Shown here: positions 11,050-22,481 of the stretch, in pieces | Position numbering within the stretch: the first letter of the stretch is position 1 | Layout of the letters: each line of letters opens with the position of its first letter | DNA from: Prasinococcaceae sp. CCMP 1430 | Lineage: Eukaryota > Plantae > Prasinodermophyta | Length of the DNA: 49,681 bases | Direction of reading: 5' to 3' | Assembly: GCA_013416795.1 (NCBI GenBank) | Contig: RQSC01001108.1 | Location: 1 to 49,681 of the forward strand | Made by a program: the position numbers and the translations under genes | Notes under the pieces: generated by a model | What the model saw: only the letters and a program-made list of their open reading frames with translations | What the model was told of the DNA's origin: nothing | Database searches by the model: none

Positions 11050-13647
11050 CAGCCCCTCCATTTTCATTTTGCGGGCGATCCGCCCTCCGCCGCCGGCGCG
11101 GCGGAGCCCGCGGCGCTGCCCCCCGACCAGGGCTCGGCCGCGAACAGTGCCAATGGCAGCCCGCGGCAGCAGTCCGAGGGTGGCAATGATGAAAGCGGTG
11201 GCGAAAGCGGTGCCCCCGCGGGCGTCGCGCGCACGGGGTCTTCGCTTTCGCCCTCGCCCTCGCCGTCGCCCTCGCTCCAGCTCTCCCCAGCGAAACTGGG
11301 CTCGAGCAGCGGCTACGTCGGCTCCTCGCTCTACCGCATGTTCGACACGAACTTCGGCGGGGCGCTCGGCGGCGCGGTCGACATTGTCGCGGTGCGACAG
11401 CGTGACGGCTCCGTGCGCACGACGCCCTTCTACGTGCGCTTCGGGAAGTTCCAGGGAGTGCTCAAGAGCCGCGAGCGCATCGTGCACGTCGACGTGAACG
11501 GCGAGCGCAGCGGCGTCGAGATGGCAATCTCGAACTCCGGTGAGGCGTACTTCGTCGACGACGAGCCCACGGGCGCGGGCGCGGCCATCGGCGGCGACGA
11601 CGAGGCGCAGTCCGCGGAGAGCACGCCGTCAGGCACGCCGGCCCCGCCCAGCGCCGCCGAGCAGCGAACGACGCGCAGGGGGCAGCGCCGCTCGAGCGGG
11701 CGCAGGTCGCTGCCGACGGTTTTTTCCTCGGAGGCGCTGCAAATGCCCCCGCACCCAGCACACCTCGATGCAGGCGCCGCTGCGAAACTCCAAGCTGTCG
11801 ACGAGCTAGGCTTTGATCGGGCAGGCAGCGGCGCGTCGGGTAGCGACGCGGGCGTGTGCACGCGCCCGGACGACTCGATGGTGCCGTCGTGGGAGCGGCC
11901 CGGCGCGGGCCTCGCCGGGCGCAACCCGGACCGCACGGTGTCCATGTCCGAGGAGGTGCTCGCGCATGCGCTCGAGACAGGCGACGCTGCAGAGCAGCGC
12001 GTCGAGCGACAACGGCGGGACGCGCACATGGCCGCCCGAGCCTTGCTCGGCGAGGCAGACCCGCTGCCGGTCTCGCTGTGCGCTGCGGCGCTGCGGCACG
12101 GCGCACCGGCAGACCGCGCATTCGACGCCGCGCGCCTCAAACCCGAGGTAGTGGCCACCCTGGGTCGGCGCGCGCGTGAAAACCTGGTGTTCCGCACGCC
12201 GGAGGGCAATCTGGTGTCGTGGCCTGACGTGCAGGAGGCGGTGCTGCGCTCGCTTGTGGGTGCGGACGCCTTCGGGAATGCCACGCCCGAGGCCCTCGCA
12301 TCGCTGGATTCCGCGGCCGCCTCGGGCATCGAAGGCTCGGACCTGAGCGACACGGAGTCGCTCAGCGGCAGCTGGTACGGGGGCAGCGATTATGGGAGCA
12401 GGGCCGCGCGCGAGCGCACACGAATGTTTGATGCGCCGCCAGTGAACTTCAAAGACGACGAGGTCGCGGCGGCGCGGCCGGTGCGCTCCTTGTCAGTCGG
12501 ATCGGATGAGGACGCGCACCTCTACGGCGCCCTCGAAGAGGGCGCTGACTCGCAGGAGCCTTCCTCGCCAACGCGCACGTCGTGGTCGCTATGGCCTTTC
12601 TCACGCTCGCGCTCTACCGGCGCGGTGGACGGGTCGACCGCGCACAAGCCAGGGCACCCGTCGCCCGAGACGCCCGGCTCGCCGACCCAGTTGCGGCGCG
12701 AGCAGCGCCGCTCGCGCTACCGCCGCGGCCAGGAGCGCCTCTATCGCCCCACCCGCACGCAGATGGACGCAATAGCTGCGAAGCTCAAGGATGGGCACAA
12801 CCTCATCAAATTTACCTTCGACAGCAACCTCTGGGGCACGCAAGAGGTGGAGAGCAACATATATCTGTGGCACTGGGACTCGAAGCTGGTCATCACGGAC
12901 GTGGACGGCACCATCACGCGCTCTGACGTCCTTGGGCAGATCATGCCAGCCATTGGGCGCGACTGGTCGCAGCCCGACGTTACCAACCTGCTGAACAGCA
13001 TTGTCAGCAACGGCTACCGGCTGATCTACCTGTCGGCGCGCGCGCTCGTGCAAGCGAGCCGCACGCGCGCCTTCATCTCCGAGGTGCGCCAGGGGGGGCT
13101 ACAGCTCCCCGACGGCCCTGTGCTGCTCTCCCCTGACGGTCTCATGCCCGCACTTTACCGGGAGGTCATTCAGAAGCGCCCGCAGGACTTCAAAATTGCC
13201 TGCCTGGGTGATGTGCGCGACCTCTTCCCAGCCGAGTGGTTCCCCTTCTACGCGGGCTTTGGCAACAGGCCCACGGACGTGCTCGCTTACCGTGCGGTTG
13301 GCGTGCCTTCGGGGCGCTGCTTCACTATTAACCCCAGCGGCACCGTCTCGGTGTACACGGGCGGCGACGGGGATGACGACGACCGCGTTCACCGCGCCGC
13401 CACGGAGAAGGCCGCTGTGACCGCGACAAAGCGCGCGCAGGCCAAGCTGCTCGCGCTGGGGTCGTACGCGGGCATCGACGGGCTGTGCGATCAGGTATTC
13501 CCGCCGGTCGTTGAGGCCAGCGGCACGCGCTCCACTACCAGCGAGGCCGACGTGCCCACGGATGACCGCTTCGATTCGTTCGCCTACTGGCGCTCACCTA
13601 CCTCCGCCGCGCTGCTCTCGCCCGAGGACCTCGAGGCGCTCGGCTGA
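10861..13647 (+). CDS. PAH1: Lipin / Mg-dependent phosphatidate phosphatase (PAH); 5' exon structure uncertain
   Basis: N-LIP motif GGAVDIVAVRQRDGS...PFYVRFGKFQGVLK and C-LIP/HAD motifs VITDVDGTITRSDVLG, YLSAR, GPVLLSP and FYAGFGNR. A (GT)n tract near 11010-11046 is probably intronic. Confidence 0.92.
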
Positions 13648-13650
13648 AAC

Positions 13651-13671
13651 TGTAAGGTTGTAACCCTGTAA
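13651..13671 (+). promoter_or_regulatory. Triple TGTAA polyadenylation signal
   Basis: TGTAA occurs at 13651, 13659 and 13667 (8-nt period), immediately after the lipin stop codon. Confidence 0.65.
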
Positions 13672-13821
13672 CAGTGCGCGAGCTCGCGCGCTGGCGTCGG
13701 ATGCGCGGGTGCGCTCGGTGGGCGCATTGCGCGCGCACGCGCGCGCGCGCGTGCGCCATCCCCCTCTGAGTCCCTGATTATGAATATTAGTGCGTCGCGC
13801 GTGGTGACTGCCGCAACGTGG

Positions 13822-15240
13822 CTATCGCATGCCCCAGAAGAGGCGCTCGTCGCGCCACTGCTTGAAGCCGGGGAAGGCGGCGGAGAACGTCGCGTCGGTG
13901 GCCGTTAGCGCGCGGCTCGCCGGCCACGTGGGGAGCACCGCCCCCACGCCCGCGCCCGCGGCGTCTGCGCCGCCCGCGGCCGCAGCCGCGCCTCCACCCA
14001 GGCCGCCTCCCCCCGGCACCCAGGTCGCGCCCCCCCCACCGCCGTCCGCGCTGCCCTCGCGCAGGCTCGCCATGTACACAAGCCGGTCCATGCGCGTCGC
14101 GCTGGCGCCGAGGAAGCGCCCCATCGACGCCGGCGAGTAGAGCTCCGGGTCGAGCAGCTCGGGGGCCTCAGCGAGCAGGCGCGCCGCCTTGCGCTCCAGC
14201 GTGGCCTTTAACGCGTGCGCGTGAGCAAGAGCGGCGCGGGCGCAGGTGCGGGCGCGGGCGCGATTGTCAGCGTGCGCGCCCCTCCGCTGCCCACGGCAGG
14301 CGCCTGTGCGCGTGCGCGCGTGCGCGCGCGTACCTCCGAGGTGGTCATGAGGCTGGCGGAGGAGCACGCCACCAGCCCCACCTCCTCCTCGTTGAGCGCC
14401 GGCAGCGCCCGCGCGAGCGCCTCGAAGCGCGCCACCACGCCGCGCGGCTGCATGAGCAGCACGGCGGGGCAGCGCTGCACGAGTAGCCCCACGCTGGTCG
14501 TGCGTGGCAGGTCGGTGGTGAGCGCCTCCAGGCGCCCCACCAGCGTGGCCGTTCGGCACGTCAGCAGCCGCGGCGCGCGCTCCACGATCTTGTCAACGTC
14601 CCAGCCGACCAGGAGCGACCGCAGCAGCTCCACGTTGGCGCCTACGCGCGCGGCGTACTCCGCTTCGACGCCCGCGCCGTCGCGTGCGCCGTGCGCGCCG
14701 TCCGCGGCCCGGGGGTTGAGGAAGAGCGCGGGCGGATTGCGCCGCAGCACTCGCGAGACGCACGCGCCGGGGAGCGTCGCGCGTAGCGCGCCCAGCCGCG
14801 CGCGTACTCGGCGCGGGCTGAGAAGCGCGGCGTTGCGCACGCCGCGCCGCCCGCCGCGCGACGAGGAGGACGGCCGAGCGTATCTACGCGGGTGCGCGCG
14901 CGCGTGCGTGTGTGAAGACAAGGTCAGAGCGCTCCCCATACGCGCGAGTGCATCCGCGCGCGCCCGTGCGCCGATCGCGCGCCAGCGCGCACCTGAGGAC
15001 CGCCTCGCGCGCCTCGCGCGTGAGGCCCATGCTATCTTGCTCCCATGCCGCGGACAGCTCCTCGAGAGCAACGTCCGCGGCCGCGTCCGCGTCCGCCTCC
15101 ACAGCGGTCGCTCCGACGCCGGAATTGCCCTCGCCGACACTGCCGCAGTCGGCGGCGGTGGGCGCTCGTGCTCGCGCTCGCACGCGCGCGCACACAGGCG
15201 CGCCCGTGCGCGCGGCCCGCGCGCGTGCACACAGCTGCAT
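13822..15240 (-). CDS. Probable plastid-targeted mTERF-like helical repeat protein; exons 15240..14993, 14883..14334, 14205..13822
   Basis: Two phase-compatible introns (14992..14884 and 14333..14206) join the frames. The N-terminus is Arg/Ala-rich and transit-like. Repeated units such as VSRVLRRNPPALF, VDKIVERAPRLL, VGLLVQRCPAVLL and LLAEAPELL resemble mTERF repeats. Confidence 0.6.
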
Positions 15241-15650
15241 CTCGCGCCTCTTGCGCCCTGATCCTTGCCGCCACCCCCCGCCGCCGCGGTGAAGCGCGCC
15301 ATGAACGACCCACCCCACGCGCGGGCTGGCGGCAGAGCGCGTGCCCGTGCGCGTGCCCGTGAGCGTGCGCGTGCGCGGCGCGTGCCCCCGCGCGCGGAGA
15401 TGCGAGGGTTTCGGGTTGCGGTTAGAACCTCACGTCTGCACATGTGATCAATTTGCACTCGTTCCCCGAAAATCCTGAATTCGGGTAATATACTGAAATA
15501 GGGTTCATTTTGAGTCTTCGTCGTACGCACACGCACACGCACGCGCACACGCACGAGCGCACGCGCTCACACACGCGCACGCGCGCGCGTGCGAAGGCAG
15601 TCACGCCGTGTGTATAGCAACCATTGTCAGGTATTACGCAATCTTCCGGC

Positions 15651-17175
15651 CTACACGCTGGCGAGGGCGCCCGGCCGGAAGAACCTGTGCAGCAGCGCCT
15701 CGCTGGCGCTCTTGCGGCCGAAGCGGTTGGCCACGCCGCCGCGCAGCGCCACCATGCTGCACGCGAGCTCGAAGCCCGCGCCGCGGTTGGCGTCGAGCAG
15801 CGAGAAGTCGAACTTGGAGGAGCCGAAGCCGCCTGCGAGCGACGCGCGCGAGGGGTGAGGGAAGTTAGCGGGGCGAACGCGTCACCTGCGCGCAGGCGCT
15901 CGCACGCGCGCGCGTGACGGCACACGAACATACACACACGCAACCACGAGTGCGCGCGCGCACACACACGGGTCACTCACCGTCCCTCCACGCGGCGAGG
16001 TCGAGCTCCTGCGTGGCGATGGAGGCGTTGAACTGCCTGAGCGCCGCCGGCTGCCTCAGCCCCGGCACGGACATCTGCAGCAGCAGGATGCCGCACGAGT
16101 ACGTGTCGAAGAGGTGCGGCCTGTTGAAGAGCCACAGCGCGGGCGACAGCAGCGCTGCGACGGGCTCGGGCGGCGGCACGGGCGTCTCCTCGGGCAGCAC
16201 GTACGTCTCGGGCGGCGCGTACGCCGGGTCGAGGATGGCGCGGTCAGGCTCGAAGTTCTTGCCCACGCGCAGGTCCGTGGCGCCGCCCAGGTCGATCACC
16301 TTGAAGCGGCGCGCGCGCTCCGAGAGCACCAGGTTGGCGGGCTTGACGTCTGCGCGCAGAGACGCAAGAGCGCGCCGCGCGCGTGCGTTTTTGTGCGTGT
16401 GCGTGCGTGTGTGAGCGCGCGTCCACGCGTGCGCCGCGCGCAAGCAATCACGCACACACGCCACACAAACGTGTGTGTGTGTGTGTGCGCGCGCGCACAC
16501 ACACACACATGCAAACTTGCAAGTGGACGTGTTCGATCGCGCGCCCGCCCGCCGTCCGCGCGCACGACGCACCTCTGTGCACGATCCCCGTGGCGTGCAG
16601 CGTGGCGAGCGCGTCGAGCACCTGCGCGAGCACGGTGCGCACGACGCGCAGCGCGCGCTCCTCGTCGGATCCCGACTGCTCGCGCCCGAAGAGCGGCACC
16701 TCGAGGTTGTACGGCCAGTCAGGGGCGGTGAGGAAGGACTCGAGCGTGCGCTCGCCCTCGTACTCCCACACGAGCACCGTCGCGCCGCGCGCGAGCCCCC
16801 CCGCGCCGCTCTCGTCGCCCACCTCGAAGGCGCCCACGAAGGGCGCGCACACGCGCGAGAGCGACAAGGAGCGCCGCGCGCGGCGGTTCATCCACACCTC
16901 CGTGTCCGCTAGCTCGCGCGCCCCGAGCTTCGCCGTCAGGCCCTGCTTGATGATGACGCGCCTGTCGACGCAGGGGTCGTCCTCGGTGAGCCTCTGCGCG
17001 GCCCGGGACTGCTCGGTGGGGCTCTTGAGCTTCAGCCCGGTGTACACCGCGCCGAAGGAGCCCTGCCCGATGCGCTTCTGCAGCACCAGCGTGTCGGCGC
17101 GCACGCCGCCCAGCGCGCGCTCGCGGACGAAGTCGAGCGGCGAGCGCACGTACGCGTCCACGAAGCCGAGCGCGA
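15651..17175 (-). CDS. STN8: Thylakoid Ser/Thr kinase STN8/STL1-like; visible exons 17175..16573, 16349..15981, 15832..15651; 5' exon in or beyond the gap
   Basis: Motifs IGQGSFGAVY, VIIK, GIVHR|DVKPAN, IDLGGATDLRVGKNF, and the STN8-type string YVLPEETPVPPPEPVAALLSP...FDTYSCG. All introns are GT-AG and phase-compatible. Confidence 0.88.
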
Positions 17176-17176
17176 C

Positions 17177-17180
<4 letters not shown>

Positions 17181-17272
<92 letters not shown>
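17181..17272 (+). repeat. (GT)n microsatellite running into an assembly gap
   Basis: About 46 perfect GT units precede the Ns. Similar tracts occur near 11010-11046, 28243-28292 and 28807-28860. Confidence 0.95.
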
Positions 17273-17613
17273 NNNNNNNNNNNNNNNNNNNNNNNNNNNN
17301 NNNNNNNNNNNNNNNNNNNNNNNNNNNNNNNNNNNNNNNNNNNNNNNNNNNNNNNNNNNNNNNNNNNNNNNNNNNNNNNNNNNNNNNNNNNNNNNNNNNN
17401 NNNNNNNNNNNNNNNNNNNNNNNNNNNNNNNNNNNNNNNNNNNNNNNNNNNNNNNNNNNNNNNNNNNNNNNNNNNNNNNNNNNNNNNNNNNNNNNNNNNN
17501 NNNNNNNNNNNNNNNNNNNNNNNNNNNNNNNNNNNNNNNNNNNNNNNNNNNNNNNNNNNNNNNNNNNNNNNNNNNNNNNNNNNNNNNNNNNNNNNNNNNN
17601 NNNNNNNNNNNNN
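17273..17613. other. Assembly gap (other gaps: 23131-23628, 29582-29907, 38168-38296, 41543-41808, 49087-49194)
   Basis: Runs of N in the sequence. Confidence 1.
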
Positions 17614-18034
17614 CGCCTGGCGCGCCGCGGCCATCGCCGCCCGGCGCGCCCTCGCGCCACGCGCCGCGCGCACACGGTCTGACACACACACACACACACA
17701 GGCACACACACAGAGAGAGAGACACACACACGCGCACACACACACGCGCACACACACAGCGCACGCACGCACGCACACACACGCACACGCACAGACACAC
17801 ACACACACACACACACACAGCGCACGCACGCACGCACACGCACACACACTCGCTCACGCGCACACACGCGCTCAGGCGCTCGTGCGCTCTCGCGCCTTTG
17901 CGTGGCGTGTGCCCACATGCGCCACGCGGGCACGCGCGAGCGGATAACACACACATTCCACACTGTGAAGCGGAATCGCCGGGGGCCGAGCGAAGGCCGG
18001 CTTCGAGATTTTGATTTTTTTGTTTTGTATTTTT

Positions 18035-19240
18035 TTACCGGGCTCCGATGGCCGCTCCTGGAGCGCCTCGCAGCCAAGCTGCGGCGCTCCCGTGGAGCCG
18101 CCACGGTGGTAGCGCCGCATTGGCCTGGCGCGCGCTGGTATCCACTTCTGAGCGAGCTGGCGACGCGGGTGGTGAGACTGCCCGCGTCGGCGGCGTGGTG
18201 GCAGGCTGGCCCGGCCGGCTCCACCACCAGCAAGCCACCGCCGGTGTGGGATATGCAAGCTTTCTGCATCCACACCGACCCGCCGTGCGGCAGCACCCTC
18301 ACGATTGGCGCGCTCTCACTATCCCTTTGGTTCCCGGCGGCCCGTGGCCGAATCGCGGTTGTGCGGGTCACACGTGACCCGCAGCCAAATAGATCATTTT
18401 AAATCCAAAACGGTAGTTCTTTTAATATGTCTCCCGTGGGTATAAAAGATCTGTTCTGATCTGGGCAACAGCGGCGGCATTGGCGCGTCTGCGGGTCACA
18501 GGTGACCCGCGGGCACCCTAAATCAAAGGTAAGGGTTGGTAAAACAAACAGTTCAAAAATCATGTAGTTTTAAACCCTCTCCAAAAAAGGGTGATAGCTA
18601 AGCGCCGAGGGGAGGCAGGTGGGGGGTGGGGCGTCAGCGGCTCACCACTCAGGGCAGTGTGCGTCGTGCCACGGTGTGAAGCAGTCACGGTTGCCTGCGT
18701 GGCCATAGTGGAAGAAGAGGCGGGCGCCCGACTGCTTCGCCACGCACTCCTTGTGCATGCAGGTCCAGGGGGTCTTGGGTAGGTTGTGAAACTCGTCGTG
18801 CTTCCTGGCCACCGCGTAGGTCTTCGTGAGCTTTTCTACGTGGCGCTGCTTGAGCTCGTGGCACCACGCGCAGCGCCCCCGCCCCTCCTCCGCGAGCACA
18901 GGGATGTACGCGGGTCGCGGGGCAGTTGGACAGGTTGGCGCACGGCCCCACCGTCGGCAGGATAGTGACGTGAGCCCTCTCTCCCGAAACGTACAGTTCG
19001 TATGGAACGGGCTGGCGACACTGGGTGGCGTTCTGCGAGGAGCGCGACTTGGCCCCGTTGGAGGCGACGGGATATGACGCGTGCGACTTCCTGGTATACC
19101 TCGCGAACCGGGGCACCGTGCAGATCCGGACGTGCACGTTGAGGGGGCAGATGCGCTCATCTACATCGTACCGGAGGCTGAGCCGGGTTCCACTGGCGCC
19201 GGCTTCGTGTGCTATCGAGGCGCCAACGTGCGGGTAGACC
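18035..19240 (+). mobile_element. Degenerate DIRS-like (tyrosine recombinase) retrotransposon fragment: methyltransferase-like domain (18035-18315) and tyrosine recombinase N-terminus (18974-19240)
   Basis: [34 protein letters not shown] matches the DIRS MT domain pattern. SPETYSSYGTGWRHWVAFCEERDLAPLEAT...FLVYLANRGTV matches the recombinase N-terminal SAM-like pattern. Codon usage departs from host genes. Confidence 0.7.
18316..18979 (-). mobile_element. piggyBac-like transposon 3' fragment (C-terminal cysteine-rich domain plus subterminal palindromes) nested in the DIRS relic
   Basis: Minus-strand GRCAWCHE...TPWTCMHKEC...DCFTPWH (stop at 18642) fits the piggyBac CRD pattern. Two GCGGGTCAC-N2-GTGACCCGC palindromes sit at 18362-18383 and 18491-18510. 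A 9-bp inverted repeat (TCACTATCC / GGATAGTGA) marks the ends. Confidence 0.6.
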
Positions 19241-19888
19241 ATGGCTCCATTGCTCGTCCGCCTACTGTGGCGGGAGCGTCGCGCCGGGGACGTGACAGCC
19301 GAGATCTTAGCACCTTCGCGACGGCCTCCGAAGACGTCGTCGCGAGGCGCGGCGTGGACGTCGCCGCGAAGCTGTTCTCGACGGACGGCTTCTGTGCTGT
19401 GAGCGCATGACCGCCGACACCGCCGAAACGTCCTTTTGGAGTGTTTTTGGTTGCGCCGGTTCCCACCGCGAGGAGCCTTCGAGCGCGCCGACGCCTCCGT
19501 CACAACAATTCCGTCGCAATGTACACGTTTGTCTCATTCTGACCAACAAAAAAACGCTTCAATGCGCACCCTTCAACGCGATTTCAACGCTTACAAAAAT
19601 GCATGGGCACTGGCGGCTGCGGCGCGGGCAGGCCCACACCGCGCGCGCCGCGCGCGGCGGCGGCCGCCCCCTCCATACGCACCCGTCCCTCGCCCGAGGG
19701 CGCTCCCTTCCCCGAGCGCGGTTGCCACCTCCGCACCCCCGGCTTGCGCACCTCGCCTCCTCCCTGCGCGCGCGCAGGCCCGCTCGCAGCGTGTGCGCGC
19801 CCGCGCTGACCTACCCCGCGCCCGCGCATGCGCGCTGTGCTCCCGCGCGCGCTTTGTCCATGCGCGCGCGTGTCCGCTCGCCCACCAG

Positions 19889-20082
19889 CTGGCGCGGCCG
19901 CGCCCGCCGACGACCTCGCAAATGTGCTGCCCAAGAAGCAGGACTTTGACCTCAAGCGCGACGTCGAGCCCAAGCTGGAGAAGCTCGAGCGCCGCACTCA
20001 GCGCGCGCTGGTCGCGCTGCTCAGCAAGCAGCAGGAGCCGCAGCAGCAAGGCGACGAGGCCACGCCTGTCGCAGCACAGTGA
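19889..20082 (+). CDS. CCDC12: CCDC12/Cwf18 splicing factor, last exon; 5' exon(s) not confidently found
   Basis: DDLANVLPKKQDFDLKRDVEPKLEKLERRTQRALVALL matches the Cwf18 C-terminal motif. The acceptor is caccAG at 19888. The expected upstream FRNYxP motif was not seen. Confidence 0.75.
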
Positions 20083-20254
20083 GGCGCGCTCGCGTCGCCC
20101 CGCGCGCACCGGCTGACGCACACCGACCACATAATACTTCCTCCGCACGGGAGGCCCTTCATGTACAGCTGGCAGCGCAGCGCGGCCGCGATCCACTGCA
20201 AGGCAAGAGGCGCACACTGGGCACCCTCCGCCTCGGCGCGTGCGCACCGCTCAA

Positions 20255-21712
20255 CTAGCCGCCGCCGGCGCCTAGGCCGAGCCCGCCGAGCACGTTGATG
20301 ACGGCGCACGCCGCGACGAGCGCGAGCAACAAGTCTTGAAAGAGCGCCTGCGAGACGTGCCCGCTGATCGCATGGCCGCCGAGCGCGCCCGCGAGTGCGC
20401 CGCCTACGCCGAGGGCGACCTCCCTTCCGTCCAGCGCGTGAACGAGGCCGAGCGACGCGTAGGTCGCCGAGCGTACGAGCGCGATGCCGCCGGTCATGCA
20501 CGCGTTGGTCGCACGCGCGACCTGCGCGATGGTTGCGCGTATCCGGGGAGGAAGGGTGGTTGTGTGTGTGTGTGTGTGTTGGGGCGGATGGGTAGGGGTG
20601 CCGGTCAGCGCACTGGTTCGCCCTGAGCACGCGCGCGCGAGAGAGCGTTTGGCCATGCACAAGACACCGCGCACAAACACACGCATACCTTCTTGGGCGT
20701 GTCGAGCCACCTGTACATGGCCATGAGGGGCGGGGCGGGGAAGGCCGCCATTGCGCCGAGCATCCCGCCAGCGCAGCCGGCGACAAGAGACAGCGCCACC
20801 AGCTGCCCCCGCGTCACGCGCTCGCCGAGCGACGCAGCGCTCACGTTGGCTCGCCCCCCGCCGTCGAAGAACGCGCACCACGCGTCCCACGCGCGCGCCG
20901 GCACGCTGCCGCTTCCCTCGAGCGGCGGCTGCTGCGGACGCTCCCCGTCCACCTCGCCGCCTCCTCCCACCGACCCCGGAGCGCGCTCCTCCTCGGCGGC
21001 GTCCCCTTCATCGCTCGGTCCCGCCGCCGGAGGCTCCTCGGCGGCGCCATTCGCGCTGAGCGCATCGCCGTTACGCGCTGACACGAGCTCGACCTCGCGC
21101 TTCGCGAGCGGCGCGCACGCCTCGATGTCGTTTGCGTCGTCGTCGGCAACGTCCGCGCTCGCGCCATCTGCTGGCACCGCCACGTACGCCGCCGCCGAGG
21201 CGTGCACGCCGCCGCCCGCGGGCGTCGATTCCGAGCTGCGCGGGGCCTTCCACGCACGCGCCAGCCTCGGCACGACCTGCGTCGCGACGTAGAGGCCCAG
21301 GGCGCTCCCTGCGAGCAGCATGAGCGCTCGCTCGCCCGCGGCGCGCAGCGCGAGTCCGCCAGCGGGCACGCCCGCGAGCGCCGCCGCGAGCGCCGCGGTG
21401 AGCGCCAGACGGTCGGCCTCGCGCCATGCGCGCGCGCTCGTCGACGTCACCGTGCTGGCGATAACCTGCGCGAACGCCTGCACGACCACGGTGTCCTTGA
21501 GCGTGCCTGGAACGATGGGCGAGGTGTGAAGGGGTCAGGCCGCACGAACGCGCGGCACCGCAGGACGCGCGCACGAACGCCGCTAGCTTCGCGGCCCGCT
21601 CGGCGAGCGCCGCGGCGGCCGGCGCGCGCTCGACGCACCGACGTCCGCGCCCGCGAGGTCACACAGCGACCACACGACCACGAACACGATGCCGTTGCCG
21701 AAGCCCGTGCGT
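20255..21712 (-). CDS. TauE/SafE sulfite-exporter family membrane protein, 5'-truncated; exons ~21712..21639, 21506..20689, 20521..20255
   Basis: Multiple TM helices with TGFGNGIV and GMLGAMAAFPAPPL (the two internal TauE repeats). Introns 21638..21507 and 20688..20522 are phase-compatible. Confidence 0.75.
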
Positions 21713-22015
21713 AGCGGGCGGATGGGCCACATGGCCAGGGATTGTGACGGAAGCAACAGCCTGGCCGACGCGGCACGTGCGGCGGCCAACCGCTTCGGCA
21801 ACTACGCCGCCGCGGGCGCTGCGCCCGTCCCTGCGAGGCCAGGTGGGGTGCAGCAGTACATGGGCCGCGGCGCGTACGGCAACAACTACGGGGGATACGC
21901 CCCGCCCCAGCGCTACGCCCCTCAGGGCAACAGGTTCGCTGGTGTCAAGCGAGGCAGAGACGACCAGGACGGAGCCGGGCATCATGGCTGGGGGGCCAAC
22001 AAACGCAGGCGCTGA
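21713..22015 (+). pseudogene. 3' fragment of a CCHC zinc-knuckle, Gly/Tyr-rich RNA-binding protein; 5' part missing
   Basis: (x)GRMGHMARDC is half of a CCHC knuckle. It is followed by a GAYGNNYGGY/PQRY low-complexity tail and NKRRR*. The frame has GC3-biased codons and directly abuts the TauE fragment. Confidence 0.55.
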
Positions 22016-22481
22016 GCGGCTCGCGCGCGAGCACGACCAGCGCTATGTGTGGACGCTCATGTATTCCAAACACAGACCCACAGTACAGTAACCACATATA
22101 CAGTGCAGTGTACAGTACCGTGCGTCCGCTTCAATCCTGGCGCCGCAGCGTCAGAGAGCGAGCGCTGAGCGGGAAGATGTGTGCGTGTGTGTGTGTGTGT
22201 GGGGGGGGGAGATGGGGAGGGGCTGCCGCGGGTGGCGCGCGCCGCCGCTATACGCGAGGTGCCCGCCGACTGGGGTGCCAAGGAGCGCAAGGCGCGCACT
22301 CTCGACCATCGGGCGCTCGGCGAACGCGCTCGGCGGCGGCGGCGCGGCGATNCGGTGCTGCCGGGGGCCAGGGCGCGGGCTGGTTGCGCGGCGGGCGGGT
22401 GCTGCGCCGCGGGCAGGGCGCGCGTCCAGGCCGGGTGAGAGGGAGGAGGGGGTGGGTCGGAGGTAGGCGCGGGCGTCGACC

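Noticed and set aside
16383-18014. ORFs with long (CV)n or (HT)n tracts suggesting metal-binding repeat proteins
   Set aside because: They are translations of intronic (GT)n/(CA)n microsatellites and N-gaps.
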